From: Candidatus Latescibacterota bacterium
GTDB taxonomy: Bacteria > Latescibacterota > CBDEFO01
Length of the DNA stretch: 64,000 nucleotides
Reading direction: 5' to 3'
NCBI GenBank assembly: GCA_965237525.1
Contig: CBDEFO010000003.1
Location: 64,001 to 128,000 of the forward strand
In this document: positions 17,874-28,697 of the stretch, in pieces
Position numbering within the stretch: position 1 is the stretch's first letter
How the letters are laid out: each line of letters opens with the position of its first letter
Translations under genes and position numbers: made by a program
The notes under the pieces: model-generated
Told to the model about the DNA's origin: nothing
Seen by the model: only the letters and a program-made list of their open reading frames with translations
Databases searched by the model: none

Positions 17874-18569
17874 TTAGGAACGTTCAGGGGCGGGTAAAGG
17901 AGCCTTGTGGAGCAACTGATACTTGCGAATATCCAAAAACCAGTAACCGTCTATTAGAACTTTCTGGAATTCACAAATGTCTATTCTCTCTCTGAACAGC
18001 GGTCCGTCGGTCACGAACGTATGATATTCGCCGTTTTCTCCACAGGCATCGATATCTTTGTATTCTTTTATGTCTTCAAGGAATGCTTTGTCCAGTCTGC
18101 GTCCGATCCACTCTTTTCCGAGGAGATTAGCTTGAGCGCTGACGACAATCGCTTCAAAGCCTGAGTCTATAAAGTCTAAAAGAATTTCATCAGGACTCAG
18201 GCCCCAGAGGGGTTCGATAGCGCCAACGCCGAGTTCTCCACAGATTTTCTTGGCCCACTGTAGGCAGTGCTGCAGGTGGATGTCGCCAAAGACCACGCCA
18301 TCTATACCTTCGGGGATGACGCTTCCAAGGGTCTCCTTAAACTCTGCTTCATAGCCACAAGCGGTGGTTTCTCTTTGCAAGAGAGGAATGCCGATTGCTC
18401 CTGCCTGTTTCTGGATAAGTATGTCCTGTGTACCGTGAAATCGCACTCGCCGAAATTCTTGGGAGATCGTATTTACAAGATAGGAAACCTTGCAGCCCTT
18501 GAGCATCGCTTTATAGCAGGCTAAACAGCTGTCTTTCCCACCGCTCCACGATGCAATGACTTTGCTCAT
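17874..18569 (-). CDS. Diphthine-ammonia ligase-like PP-loop ATPase (DUF71)
   Basis: SWSGGKDS, FGDI, CGENGEYHT. Confidence 0.9.
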   Translation of the reverse strand: MSKVIASWSGGKDSCLACYKAMLKGCKVSYLVNTISQEFRRVRFHGTQDILIQKQAGAIGIPLLQRETTACGYEAEFKETLGSVIPEGIDGVVFGDIHLQHCLQWAKKICGELGVGAIEPLWGLSPDEILLDFIDSGFEAIVVSAQANLLGKEWIGRRLDKAFLEDIKEYKDIDACGENGEYHTFVTDGPLFRERIDICEFQKVLIDGYWFLDIRKYQLLHKAPLPAPERS

Positions 18570-18575
18570 AAGTCG

Positions 18576-19175
18576 TTATCCCCCTTGAGACATTATCTTA
18601 TTCCACACCCTGGATACCTCTTTTCCCAAATCCTCCAAGGATCCATTGTTGTATATGACGCAGTCCGCCACTTGAAGTTTCTCTCTCAGGGGTAGCTGTG
18701 CCCTTAATCTTTCATCTACCTCCTCGGCAGATAACCTGGTATCTTCGAGGAATCGTTCTTTCACCTTATCCTCATCCGCCGCGACTACTACCAGAACATC
18801 GAACCTTTCCAACTCTCCCCATTCGACTATGAGCGCAGCATCTATAACCACAGGCCTGTGTGGGTTTTCGTCTAACGCCTTTTCGACCGTCTTCCATAAC
18901 CTGTTTACGAGCGGCGGATGGACTATCTCGTTGAGCTTCTGATGCCTCTTGGGGCTGGAAAAGGCCAGACGACCCAACTTTCTCCTAACAAGCTTTCCGT
19001 CTTGATCTAGGATGTCAGGGCCGAAGGCTTCGACAAGTTTCGACAGAACCTTTTGATCCTCGGCCACTTCCCTTCCGACTCGATCAGCGTCCACCGTAAA
19101 CGCAGACATCTTCTCAAAGAGGCCAGATACTGTCGTCTTCCCCGAACCTATCCCTCCCGTAACACCTATAATCAT
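18576..19175 (-). CDS. coaE: Dephospho-CoA kinase
   Basis: GVTGGIGSGKT, LNEIVHP. Confidence 0.95.
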   Translation of the reverse strand: MIIGVTGGIGSGKTTVSGLFEKMSAFTVDADRVGREVAEDQKVLSKLVEAFGPDILDQDGKLVRRKLGRLAFSSPKRHQKLNEIVHPPLVNRLWKTVEKALDENPHRPVVIDAALIVEWGELERFDVLVVVAADEDKVKERFLEDTRLSAEEVDERLRAQLPLREKLQVADCVIYNNGSLEDLGKEVSRVWNKIMSQGG

Positions 19176-19204
19176 CCTTCCTCCTGATAGACAGTAGACA
19201 GTAG

Positions 19205-20131
19205 TCAGGAGGGAGGGGAGGTGCCCTGTCTACTGTCTACTGTTTGCTGTCCACTGCTCTTCCACCTTCTGTGCATCCACAGCCAGTGATCTGGATATTT
19301 CCTTATGTACTCCTCCAGAACAGATGTATATTTCTGCGTTAGTTCCCTTATGCCGTGCTTTGACCCTGCGAACTCAGACGGATATATCGGGCCTTCGACT
19401 ATTACCCTGTGTCTCCCCCCTTTCTGTCTTATCGGAAAACAGAGCACAAGAGGGATATTTCTCTTCAGAGCTATTGCCGCCGGTCCGGGAGGGGCCGATG
19501 CGCACTTATCAAAAAAGTTCACGAACACACCATCGGGACCGGCGTCCTGATCGGACAGAAAGCCCACGAACTCTCCACGCCTTAAGGCCTTAAAGACCTC
19601 CTTGACCGAACTACTCCCCCTCGGAATCACCTTTAACCCGACCGCCTCTCTATGGTGTACAACGATACGCTCAACCAATTCGTTCTTCATGGGAGCTGTC
19701 AGTGCAGAAAGGCGATAACCTAAATTACAGATCGCCGCTCCCGTCATCTCCCAATTCCCGAAGTGCCCTAGCACTAAGATGACCCCTCTTTTTAAGCTGG
19801 CAGCTTCCTTTGCTTTTTCAAAATTGATGAACCTGACAGACCTATTGATCTCATCCTTACCCATATACGGGAGCCTCAGGAATTCGATCAGAGTCCGGCC
19901 GAAGTTCCTGTACGTGCCCCTTGCTATATCTTTCAGTTCCCTGTCGCTCTTCTCAGTTTCGAACGCCCTTTTTAGGTTCTGAAATACGATCTTCTTTCTG
20001 ATTCCTATCACATAGAACGAGAGGTCTCCCAAGATCGCTCCGAAGAACAGGGCCGCTTTGAGTGGGAGGACATTCGCCAAGACTTTTAGAACTTCGACAC
20101 CTGTATATTCGGCCAAATATTTTACAGACAT
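19205..20131 (-). CDS. Lipid A lauroyl/myristoyl acyltransferase (LpxL/HtrB family)
   Basis: GHFGNWE, DQD, WLWMHRRWK. Confidence 0.92.
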   Translation of the reverse strand: MSVKYLAEYTGVEVLKVLANVLPLKAALFFGAILGDLSFYVIGIRKKIVFQNLKRAFETEKSDRELKDIARGTYRNFGRTLIEFLRLPYMGKDEINRSVRFINFEKAKEAASLKRGVILVLGHFGNWEMTGAAICNLGYRLSALTAPMKNELVERIVVHHREAVGLKVIPRGSSSVKEVFKALRRGEFVGFLSDQDAGPDGVFVNFFDKCASAPPGPAAIALKRNIPLVLCFPIRQKGGRHRVIVEGPIYPSEFAGSKHGIRELTQKYTSVLEEYIRKYPDHWLWMHRRWKSSGQQTVDSRQGTSPPS

Positions 20132-20180
20132 GGTTGAACGGCGGTCTGCAGAGACCCGATCTCGTCTTTCGTCTTAATCT

Positions 20181-21149
20181 TTAGTATCCCGCTTCTCTAT
20201 TATCCTCGATCTCCCACCCTTTCATAATCCTTTTTGCTCTCATTTTTTTCAGCGCATATACCAGTATAAAGAGCAGACTTATGCCTACCCACAGCGTGAA
20301 CGAATCTGTAGCCAAGGACACGAAGCCGAATCTGTCTTCCACATATCTTCTCCATCCTCGTTCAAACTCATCGAGCGATATGCGTAACACACTTACTATC
20401 GCGAGCTCGAACGTAGCTCCAGCGGTCATCTCTGCCACAAGTCGCCTGAAGACATCTTCATCTGAAAGCTTTACAAGATATAAGGCGGCAAGGAAGCTTT
20501 GCATATAAGCCTGTTGTGCTTTGGAGGATGAAAATGTCAGAACCGAATCTATCTTGTCCAGTGGAATAATGCCCCCGGTCAGGGCAGCGAAAGCCATACT
20601 AACACTCTGACCTAACCTCCATTCCCCTGAAAGGTACATAGCCAGGCCCTCGTTGAACCAACGTGGGACTCTCACCGAGTGGTCGGACCATTTTTCTTTG
20701 AGGGTCCGTTCCAGCACTACGTGCGTTAGCTCGTGAGTCAAAATTTCTCTCATATTTCCTGCACCTATAGCCTTGGGCTTTAAGATGATAAGGCTATCTT
20801 GGGGGAATGCGCAACCTGCTCCCCACTCGGGTATGGCTCCGCCTGTTACCTTCTCGAATTCCTCGTCGGACGAGGGGAGATATATCTTAGTATATCCGTA
20901 TGAGTCTGTCCCTATCCTTTCAGATACGTCTATCAGACTCAACTTTGCTTCATCGAGCACCCTTTTTGCAAGAGTAGGGTCCGCTCCGTGGTAGAATACA
21001 CCTATCAGTTCGGACTCCTCCCCTTTCCACACGGAATCGCCCCCGATTAAATCGGGGATCGACTTTGAAGATTGGTCGGTCACCGACTCCGTGGAGGAGC
21101 CCGGGACAGTAAGGAGAAGTGTCGCTAAAAGTGCCTTTGCGATCCTCAA
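20181..21149 (-). CDS. Peptidase MA-family metallopeptidase
   Basis: HELTH, PRWFNEGLA; signal peptide and C-terminal TM segment. Confidence 0.85.
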   Translation of the reverse strand: MRIAKALLATLLLTVPGSSTESVTDQSSKSIPDLIGGDSVWKGEESELIGVFYHGADPTLAKRVLDEAKLSLIDVSERIGTDSYGYTKIYLPSSDEEFEKVTGGAIPEWGAGCAFPQDSLIILKPKAIGAGNMREILTHELTHVVLERTLKEKWSDHSVRVPRWFNEGLAMYLSGEWRLGQSVSMAFAALTGGIIPLDKIDSVLTFSSSKAQQAYMQSFLAALYLVKLSDEDVFRRLVAEMTAGATFELAIVSVLRISLDEFERGWRRYVEDRFGFVSLATDSFTLWVGISLLFILVYALKKMRAKRIMKGWEIEDNREAGY

Positions 21150-21151
21150 GC

Positions 21152-22018
21152 CTACCTCGGGCTTATACCGTCTGCCAAGTACCGGAAGAAATCGGATTCG
21201 GGCGGAAGCACAAGTACAGTGTTGGCGTCTATCGACACTTCGTACGCCTCGAGAGTCCTTACAAACTCGTAGAAAGCAGGGTCCCGTTGATACGCCTGGG
21301 CGTATATCTTGAGCGCCTCAGCGTCTCCCTGTCCCTTCATCTCCTGAGCCTTTTTGTATGCCTCCGCGCTGATCGTCGCCGCGTCCAGATCTGTCTGGGC
21401 ACGTATCTTGAGAGCCTCTTCTTCACCTTCGGATCTGTACTGCTTGGCCTGACGGCTCCTCTCCGCCTTCATCCTGTCGAAGACCGACCTTTCGTTCTCC
21501 GGCGGAAGGTCCGCTCTCTTTATTCTCACATCTATCACCTCTATCCCGTAGTCCTGGGCATTCTTTCTAGATAGAGTCGTTACAGTCTCCATGATGTTCT
21601 TACGCTCTTCGGAGATCACTTCTATCAACGTGTGCTTTCCCAATTCCTCCCTTAAAGCTGCATAGACTATATCGTCCAATCTGGGCTGGGCGGATCTTTC
21701 GGTCCTTATCTTCTCTAGGAACGTCTTGGGATCTGCGATCCTCCAACGCGCATAATTATCTACTATCAGGTTCTTCTTATCCTTCGTGTAGATAACCTTA
21801 GGATCGGCATCGTACTCTAAGATCCGCTTGTCGAACAGGTTCACCTTCTGCATCGGGAACGGGAGCTTAAAATAGAGTCCGGGCTCTTTGACCACCCTTA
21901 CAACCTCTCCGACCTGAGTTATGACGACCTGCTCCTTCTCATCCACAGTGTAGATGACGAAGCTTGAGGCTATGATCAATACGATCAATATCACCAGTGT
22001 AACTACAGCGCCTTTCAT
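21152..22018 (-). CDS. hflC: FtsH modulator HflC
   Basis: SPFH domain, DVRIKRADLP, RMKAER. Confidence 0.95.
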   Translation of the reverse strand: MKGAVVTLVILIVLIIASSFVIYTVDEKEQVVITQVGEVVRVVKEPGLYFKLPFPMQKVNLFDKRILEYDADPKVIYTKDKKNLIVDNYARWRIADPKTFLEKIRTERSAQPRLDDIVYAALREELGKHTLIEVISEERKNIMETVTTLSRKNAQDYGIEVIDVRIKRADLPPENERSVFDRMKAERSRQAKQYRSEGEEEALKIRAQTDLDAATISAEAYKKAQEMKGQGDAEALKIYAQAYQRDPAFYEFVRTLEAYEVSIDANTVLVLPPESDFFRYLADGISPR

Positions 22019-22995
22019 CTTCCTCCTCCTTCTCCTATTGCTCTTTCCAGCGGCAGAACGTTCAAAATTCCGCTATTTCCCTCCGCCTTAATCACGTACT
22101 TCTGGAGGCCGGGGAGCACCTTCTCCATCGTCTCTAAATACAATCTGGTCTTTGTGACCTTTTTGGCCTTCTTGTACTCTGCCAGAACTTGGAGGAATCT
22201 GTGGGCGTCGCCCTGGGCTCTGTTTACCCTCTCCACTTTGTAGGCTTCGGACCCCTTGATCAGCTTTTCTGCATTTCCTCTCGCTTTAGGGATGACATCG
22301 TTCTGGTAGCCCTCGGCTTCTCTTTTTAGCCGCTCCCTGTCCTCCCTTGCCGAAGCAACATCTTTAAAGGCCTGATCTACCTCTTTGGGGACGAACACCT
22401 CCTGCAACTTCACGGTTACTACCGCTATGCCTGACTCGTATATGTCCAGGATCCTCTGGAGCTCCTGCTCGGTCTCCGTCTGAATCAGGGCTTTCCCCTC
22501 TGTGAGCGCCTCGTCAATTTTGTGATTCCCTACCACCTGCCTCAGCGCCGCCTCAGCTGCGACCTTTATCGTAATCTCAGGATTTTTGATCTTGAACAGA
22601 TAGTTCGCTGCGTCCTTTATCCTGTACTGAACTGCGATCCAAATACCTACGATATTCTCGTCGCCTGTCAGCATCTCCGCCTCACTTGGAACATTACGGT
22701 ACCGAGCAGGTGGCCCTTGGGATATTGTCCTGAAGCCTACCTCGATCCTCCTGATGCGGTCCACAGTCGGCGTATCCACTGTCTCTATCGGGGACGGAAA
22801 GTGCCAGTGCAGTCCCGCATCCACGGGTACACCTACCATCTTCCCGTACCTCCTTACGACCCCCTGCTCACCAGGGTCGACTATATATATCCCGCTGGCC
22901 AACCAGATAAACACCAATATTCCCAATCCGATGTAGATCTTACTGGCTGTCAGCTCGAAGTTGAACGGATTCCTTGGAAAATCGTACTGCTGCAT
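22015..22995 (-). CDS. hflK: FtsH modulator HflK
   Basis: MLTGDENIV, RLYLETME. Confidence 0.95.
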   Translation of the reverse strand: MQQYDFPRNPFNFELTASKIYIGLGILVFIWLASGIYIVDPGEQGVVRRYGKMVGVPVDAGLHWHFPSPIETVDTPTVDRIRRIEVGFRTISQGPPARYRNVPSEAEMLTGDENIVGIWIAVQYRIKDAANYLFKIKNPEITIKVAAEAALRQVVGNHKIDEALTEGKALIQTETEQELQRILDIYESGIAVVTVKLQEVFVPKEVDQAFKDVASAREDRERLKREAEGYQNDVIPKARGNAEKLIKGSEAYKVERVNRAQGDAHRFLQVLAEYKKAKKVTKTRLYLETMEKVLPGLQKYVIKAEGNSGILNVLPLERAIGEGGGR

Positions 22996-23038
22996 AGTTT
23001 AAAACACTCCCTTCTGTGCTGGAGAGCTCTACGTTTTC

Positions 23039-24028
23039 TTACTCTCCTGCGTTTGTTGTTAAAGTCAGATAATCTCTGATCTTGTATGTCTCCTCGATGC
23101 CTCTCAGACAGCAGTTGGATCCTGCTGCCTTGTTTGCAAAGACCGATGCAGACGGGAAATCCCCGGTCTTGAGATACTCCCAGGCAAAGGCTGCAAAAAA
23201 CACATCTCCACAACCTGTCTGGTCAAGAAGTGGTGCGACCACTCCGTCCTGCTCAAATTTGAACGCATCGGTCTTTTCTAACTCCATCTTGCCCCCCACA
23301 CCCCTATACATACATATTGAGCCATCACCTCCATGCGTAATTATGACTCCATCAGAGCCAAGATTTAATAGTTTCCGACCGAACTTTACAAAGTCCTCTT
23401 TTGTCTCTATCTTTGACCCATATAGGAGCTCCGCTTCGGTCTCGTTCATCTGAACAACATCTGTCTTTGAAAGCCACTCTTCCCACAAATCGGGCTTTCT
23501 TTGAAATCTCTTGCGATTGCTGTCTATCCCCAGGGTAAGACTGTGAACATCCATAAAGATGAGTGCATCAGTAAATCTCTTTACTTTCTTTAAATCATCA
23601 ATGCTGATCTCAAATCCCGATATAAAGTTAAAGCAGAGGGCGTCGCAGTCCAAAAATGGCTCCAATCGTTCGAACGTAAGGGCAGGCACACCTCCCAACA
23701 GCGTTTCGTCCTTATGCCCATCCTGGTAGTACTGTATGATACAGTGGTTGTTCTTTTCTGCCACCACTTCAACGCCGCTTATATCAATAGAGTCGTACCT
23801 TTTTAGGAAGCCTAATACCTTTTCGGAGACATCCTCTCCCAGGTTGCACAGGGGAAATATGACGGCATCGGACTCAGATATGGTAGCCAAAGGCAGGACA
23901 CTGTACAATAGACCTCCATAGCTTTCAGTTACAACTCCGTCTGCCGCCCGTATCGTATCCCTGTTGACCGTGCCGACGACTGCAATTTTCTTAGACATAA
24001 ACTTTTTAGGCATAAGCTTTTCAGACAT
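23039..24028 (-). CDS. PfkB-family carbohydrate kinase
   Basis: MNETE, DQTGCGDVF. Confidence 0.85.
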   Translation of the reverse strand: MSEKLMPKKFMSKKIAVVGTVNRDTIRAADGVVTESYGGLLYSVLPLATISESDAVIFPLCNLGEDVSEKVLGFLKRYDSIDISGVEVVAEKNNHCIIQYYQDGHKDETLLGGVPALTFERLEPFLDCDALCFNFISGFEISIDDLKKVKRFTDALIFMDVHSLTLGIDSNRKRFQRKPDLWEEWLSKTDVVQMNETEAELLYGSKIETKEDFVKFGRKLLNLGSDGVIITHGGDGSICMYRGVGGKMELEKTDAFKFEQDGVVAPLLDQTGCGDVFFAAFAWEYLKTGDFPSASVFANKAAGSNCCLRGIEETYKIRDYLTLTTNAGE

Positions 24029-24118
24029 AAGCTTTAAAGCCGCACCTTGTGAATATGCCGATTAAGTCTGATCCACCCACTTCAGCTAGCCCAATTTTCC
24101 CTATATACCTTTCTTTAA

Positions 24119-25637
24119 AAGCCTTGTGAAAAACCCTTAGATTCAGAAAATAGTATAAAACAAGCATTGATAAAGCAGCTCCGATGTATTATATTATGTT
24201 ATTGATAATATTATACATGGAGGAAACAATGACCCCACAAAAGCAGGAACAGACAAATCCGATGTTTCACTATTTTCAGATGGAGGATTTAGTTCCCGAG
24301 GATCATATCCTTCGTCAGATTGATGAGGCAGTTGATTTTTCATTTATACGAGACGTTGTATCAGATTGTTATTGCCCTGACAATGGCAGACCCGGTATTG
24401 ATCCTGAATTAGTTGTTCGAATGATCCTTATTGGCTATCTGTATAATTTGAGTGAGAATCGGCTCTGTCAGGAAGTGGGGATGCATGCGGCATATCGGTT
24501 GTTTTGTCATCAGACATTTGATGATGCGGTTCCGGATAGGAGCACGATCAACAAGCTTCGCAATCACAAGTGGGCATCCAGTGGGTTGTTTGAACGGATA
24601 ATGCGTCAGGTAGTCCAGTGTTGCATAGATGTCGGTCTTGTGAGCGGTAAACACCTTAGTGTCGACGGCACTCAGATACAAGCTGATGCTTCAGTGAAAA
24701 GTATTGAGCCGATAGAACCCCCTGTTTCTCTTGATGATTATCTCAAGGGAATCGGTTTTGAAGGTGATAAGACAAAGGGTAGGTCCGGGCATCCTCAGGA
24801 TAAAGACTTTCATGGTGAAAAGTGGACGAACCAAACACACCGTTCGACTACAGACCCCGACGCGCGCTTATACAGCAAATCGAAGGGCAAAGGGGCTTTT
24901 CTCTCGTTTATGGGCCATGATCTGATCGACACAAAAAGCAGAGTAATCCTTGAGACTCAGGGCACGCAGGCGACAGGGACAGCAGAGCCCGAAAGTGCCC
25001 TTAAGATGGTAGATGACCTTGAAACATACACCATGCCCAAAGACATTCAGACACTTAGTGCCGATACCGGTTACGGTTCTGGTAATTTTATCGCTGATGT
25101 ACTTGACCGGGGAATCATACCCCATATTCCTCTGCGAGCCGATGAGAAGATTGAACCGATTCCTACATGGAAAAACAAGACAAATTCAGCACATATTCAG
25201 GCCGAACGGGATAGAAAAGTGCGAGAGGCGAAAGCCAGAAATCATGCACGGTCTATCTCATTAACAGCTGACTACAAACTCTCCCGGAGACTCCGTAAAC
25301 GCAGTGAACATATCTTTGCTGAAGCCAGGCAACAACACGGTATGGGACGAGCCCGTTACAGAGGACCAGCCTCACTGAATGAACAGTTGAATCTTGTTGC
25401 AACAGTACAGAATCTCAAGAGGCTTGTATCTTTCATAAGAAGGGGGAAAGCGTCTATGTGTGCCCTGTCTGTCAAAGACAGTGCATCCTGTTCTTCAAAC
25501 AGCTCCTGTTCCTTGCTGACCAGAACTCTGATAAGACTATTTTGCTTATTCCACAGCAAAACGATACGATATGCTACTCTTTGACCCATAATCGGCGCTT
25601 CAGACGCTGCCTGGGACATAACTATTTCACAAGGCTT
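24119..25637 (+). mobile_element. IS1182-family element, copy 2
   Basis: Same IRs; TTAA target duplication. Confidence 0.93.
24184..25584 (+). CDS. IS1182-family transposase
   Basis: Near-identical to copy 1. Confidence 0.92.
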   Translation: MYYIMLLIILYMEETMTPQKQEQTNPMFHYFQMEDLVPEDHILRQIDEAVDFSFIRDVVSDCYCPDNGRPGIDPELVVRMILIGYLYNLSENRLCQEVGMHAAYRLFCHQTFDDAVPDRSTINKLRNHKWASSGLFERIMRQVVQCCIDVGLVSGKHLSVDGTQIQADASVKSIEPIEPPVSLDDYLKGIGFEGDKTKGRSGHPQDKDFHGEKWTNQTHRSTTDPDARLYSKSKGKGAFLSFMGHDLIDTKSRVILETQGTQATGTAEPESALKMVDDLETYTMPKDIQTLSADTGYGSGNFIADVLDRGIIPHIPLRADEKIEPIPTWKNKTNSAHIQAERDRKVREAKARNHARSISLTADYKLSRRLRKRSEHIFAEARQQHGMGRARYRGPASLNEQLNLVATVQNLKRLVSFIRRGKASMCALSVKDSASCSSNSSCSLLTRTLIRLFCLFHSKTIRYATL

Positions 25638-26149
25638 TTAAGGATCTCTTTTAAATGCCGGTTTTCGGAGTTCTCCAACCTGGGTTCACTTTCTATCAGA
25701 TCAAACGCCTCTTTACTGGCTCTAAAACGCCCGTTTTACGTAGTCGATGCCCCCAAACGACACACAGCTTAAATAGGCCATTCCGTCCCCTGAGGTCATG
25801 ACGAATTGCCTTCCATTACCGCCGAAATCTGTTGCTTTTCCACCTGTCTTATTCCTGTGACCTGCTTGTGGAAGGGCAGATCGGATATTGATATGATCAA
25901 ACTCCTGTCTATATACCTTCTGGGGATGTAATAGAGAAGATCTTCGACGGTCTCGACGCCGAGCGAGCCTAAGGCCTTCGCGCGCGTAATGCCTATTCCG
26001 TTTTGAAATCAGCGGTGTCGAGTGTCCATCTATTCCCTGATCAACCGACAGTTTCTATCCTTCCTTAAGATCAAAATCAGTGAGGTCTCCAATATAAATA
26101 TAAGCGAAGTTATATAAAAAAACCAAAGCTTTTTCTATTGTATATCTTA

Positions 26150-28558
26150 TCAGCCGGGTTCTGCTCCTTTTGGCTGGAGACTTATCTCTATGTGTCTTTG
26201 CTCTCCCCTCTCCACATTTACTTCTACCTGAGCACCTTTATATCCTCCTCTGCTTGCTCTGATCTTATGGCTTGCACCCTCAATATAACCGAATGAAAAC
26301 GCCCCGTCCTTTTCTGTTTGAAGCGGAAGATAATCGTCTAAAACTACTAAGGCGTCCCCTAACGGCCTGGATAGATTGTCTAATACCTTACCTGAGATAG
26401 TAGAAGAATCGGGTGTATCGTAGTGCCGTAGTACTCCTTTATAGATAGCGTACGCCGTCTTTTTAAGCCGGGAGGGCTCCATGAGGATATACTCTTCCTG
26501 TGGGTCGGAAAAGAAAGATGGAGTGATCAACACCGCCGGGCAAGATGTCTGCTGAACCACGTAGCTTGCGTCCTGATATGTCCCACCGTCCTGAGTTTTT
26601 AGGGCCGATACTACCTCCTCTTGAATAGCCTCTGCCAGGCTTTTACCCTCCGTACTTTGGGGATAGTGTCCTGTCCGGGTGGTTCGACTACTCCGGGCTG
26701 GATTTTCCTTTCCATAAGCTTCGTATGAGATTGAGATAAAAAGGTCAGCAGATGCACGCGAGGCGACCTGAACTCTCTGAAGAGGTGTCGCGCTTTTGTC
26801 GCCATCCCTCGTCAGATGATCTATCGCGCCTGCCTTTCTAAGATATTCCGCTACGAACCGCGCTACGCCTAAATTTATGTCCGAAGCCCGCGTCCCCCAA
26901 AAACCCGTCGGACCTGTCTCTTCGCCTCCGAAAGCGGGGTCTATCACTATCTTTCGACCCAAAAGGACTCCGCCTGATACCGGAGAAAGTTCAACTTTCA
27001 AAAAAGACGATTTGCCGTCGTCTATATTTATATTCAGACTCTGAGGTACGTATCCATCTTTTTCCACGAAGACCCGATGCATCCCCGACTCAAAATCCTC
27101 TATGATCAGATAGCCCTCTGCATTTGAGAAGGTGGGTCGCTCACTCCTTGAAGGCATGTCGGAGTCTACAGTTATCCTTGCTCCCTTTAACGGGCGATTA
27201 TCTAAGTCGTCTTTGACCCTTATGGCCAGAAGTTCCCCGATCGAGTCGAAACTCGCAATAATGTGATTTTCTATATTCCCATAGGAAGCAGTTATCTGCA
27301 CATCGCCCGGCCGGTACGAAAAGAGATACGCCCTGGCAATTCCGTTCTCCGTCGTGAGCGTATCCAATTCAAATCTCCCCAACGTTGAAGCAAAAACAAC
27401 CTCGGTGCCATCCACGACAGGTATCCTGTCTTTATCGGTTACAAAAGCCCGTATCATAAGGGGGATTCCACTCTCAGGAGGAGCCATCTCCGGTCGGACA
27501 GAAAGGTCGATCCGGGCGGGAGGAAGAGATACGTAGAAGCTGGCACTGGCAAGATTTGAAGAATTTCCACGCAGATTCCTTGCAGACAAAGATATTGTAT
27601 GAAGAGAATTGGAGAGTCTATCAGGATGCCTGTAGCTGACTGTCCCTCTTTGAGGATCGAAGATGTGTGCGATCCTTTCCCCGTCCAGCGTCATAACTAT
27701 TGTCTGAGGGTCAATCCCCGCTCCTCCTTCTCCGTCTGTGACAAATCCTTCTATTGTGGGTCTTACATCCGAAATGGTGGTATCCCGGGGAGAGAGGTTA
27801 AGGACCCGAGGAACTTGCCGCGCAAAATAGTCCAAGATCCCCAGAAAATAGCTCTGCGCCTCAAGCAACTGTGCATCCTGTGTTTTCAGCTTCTTTTCAA
27901 TCTTGGGGTTGGATATATATGAAGATTCCCCCAAAATAGCCGGGGCCTTGTTGTTTCTGAGAACAAAGTAATTTCCCGGGAGGACCTTGTTGTCCGGGCT
28001 TGTGATCCTTAAGTTCTGCACCAAATGACGGTGTATGTCCCTGCCCGCGTCTAAAGATGGCCCTTCGTCCGACATCTTGTAAAAGACCTTTGTATTGTTG
28101 ACGTCCCTGTTCGTCTTTGCATCGGCGTTATGGTGTATGGAGATGAAAAGATCGGGCTCTATATTGTTGGAAATATCCACCCGCACCTGAAGGTCTTCCT
28201 TCAAAACGGGGGTATCCACATCTTTTCCTCCAAGCGGCAAGAGATCTCCTTTGCTGTACCTCGTCAGAACAACGTAAGTCCCGCCTTCCAAGAGGAGGCG
28301 AGCTAACTTCAAAGCCACCCCTAAATTTACGTCCGCCTCCTTCAGGTCCTTCTTGCCCACAGCGCCTGAGAACCTGCCTCCGTGTCCGGGGTCTATGACT
28401 ATGATCTTCCCCTTAAGCGCGGACACATCCAGATCATCCAGAGATTCTGCAAGAAGACTGTAGGCGTCGTCCCGCCGGGACAAGAAGGGCACGATAGAGC
28501 ACCCTGAGATCAGAACCGTCAACAGAAAGAGAGGGATTATGAGATTTGACTTTGGCAC
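26150..28558 (-). CDS. N-acetylmuramoyl-L-alanine amidase lipoprotein (two Amidase_3 domains plus Ig/PEGA-like domains)
   Basis: Lipobox ISGC; DPGHGG..E..SIHHNA..E in the first domain; second domain degenerate. Confidence 0.88.
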   Translation of the reverse strand: MPKSNLIIPLFLLTVLISGCSIVPFLSRRDDAYSLLAESLDDLDVSALKGKIIVIDPGHGGRFSGAVGKKDLKEADVNLGVALKLARLLLEGGTYVVLTRYSKGDLLPLGGKDVDTPVLKEDLQVRVDISNNIEPDLFISIHHNADAKTNRDVNNTKVFYKMSDEGPSLDAGRDIHRHLVQNLRITSPDNKVLPGNYFVLRNNKAPAILGESSYISNPKIEKKLKTQDAQLLEAQSYFLGILDYFARQVPRVLNLSPRDTTISDVRPTIEGFVTDGEGGAGIDPQTIVMTLDGERIAHIFDPQRGTVSYRHPDRLSNSLHTISLSARNLRGNSSNLASASFYVSLPPARIDLSVRPEMAPPESGIPLMIRAFVTDKDRIPVVDGTEVVFASTLGRFELDTLTTENGIARAYLFSYRPGDVQITASYGNIENHIIASFDSIGELLAIRVKDDLDNRPLKGARITVDSDMPSRSERPTFSNAEGYLIIEDFESGMHRVFVEKDGYVPQSLNINIDDGKSSFLKVELSPVSGGVLLGRKIVIDPAFGGEETGPTGFWGTRASDINLGVARFVAEYLRKAGAIDHLTRDGDKSATPLQRVQVASRASADLFISISYEAYGKENPARSSRTTRTGHYPQSTEGKSLAEAIQEEVVSALKTQDGGTYQDASYVVQQTSCPAVLITPSFFSDPQEEYILMEPSRLKKTAYAIYKGVLRHYDTPDSSTISGKVLDNLSRPLGDALVVLDDYLPLQTEKDGAFSFGYIEGASHKIRASRGGYKGAQVEVNVERGEQRHIEISLQPKGAEPG

Positions 28559-28697
28559 CGTTTTTCTTTATATTGCAGCTAGCAGATCAGGGCAACCTTG
28601 CTCCCTATCGGGCGTTACACTAATAAATAGACATATTTCTCGCTATACAATATTACCAATCGCAACCTGAAGGTGCAAGCAATTTTTACCAGGACGC

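Larger units (their letters stand above)
24050..26029 (-). pseudogene. recG: recG relic: N- and C-terminal pieces, helicase core deleted, IS inserted
   Basis: GIGITRAKALGSLGVETVEDLLYYIPRRYIDRS at about 25900-26000; AFDLIESEPRLENSENRHLKEIL|KERYIGKIGLAEVG spans the IS. Confidence 0.7.
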
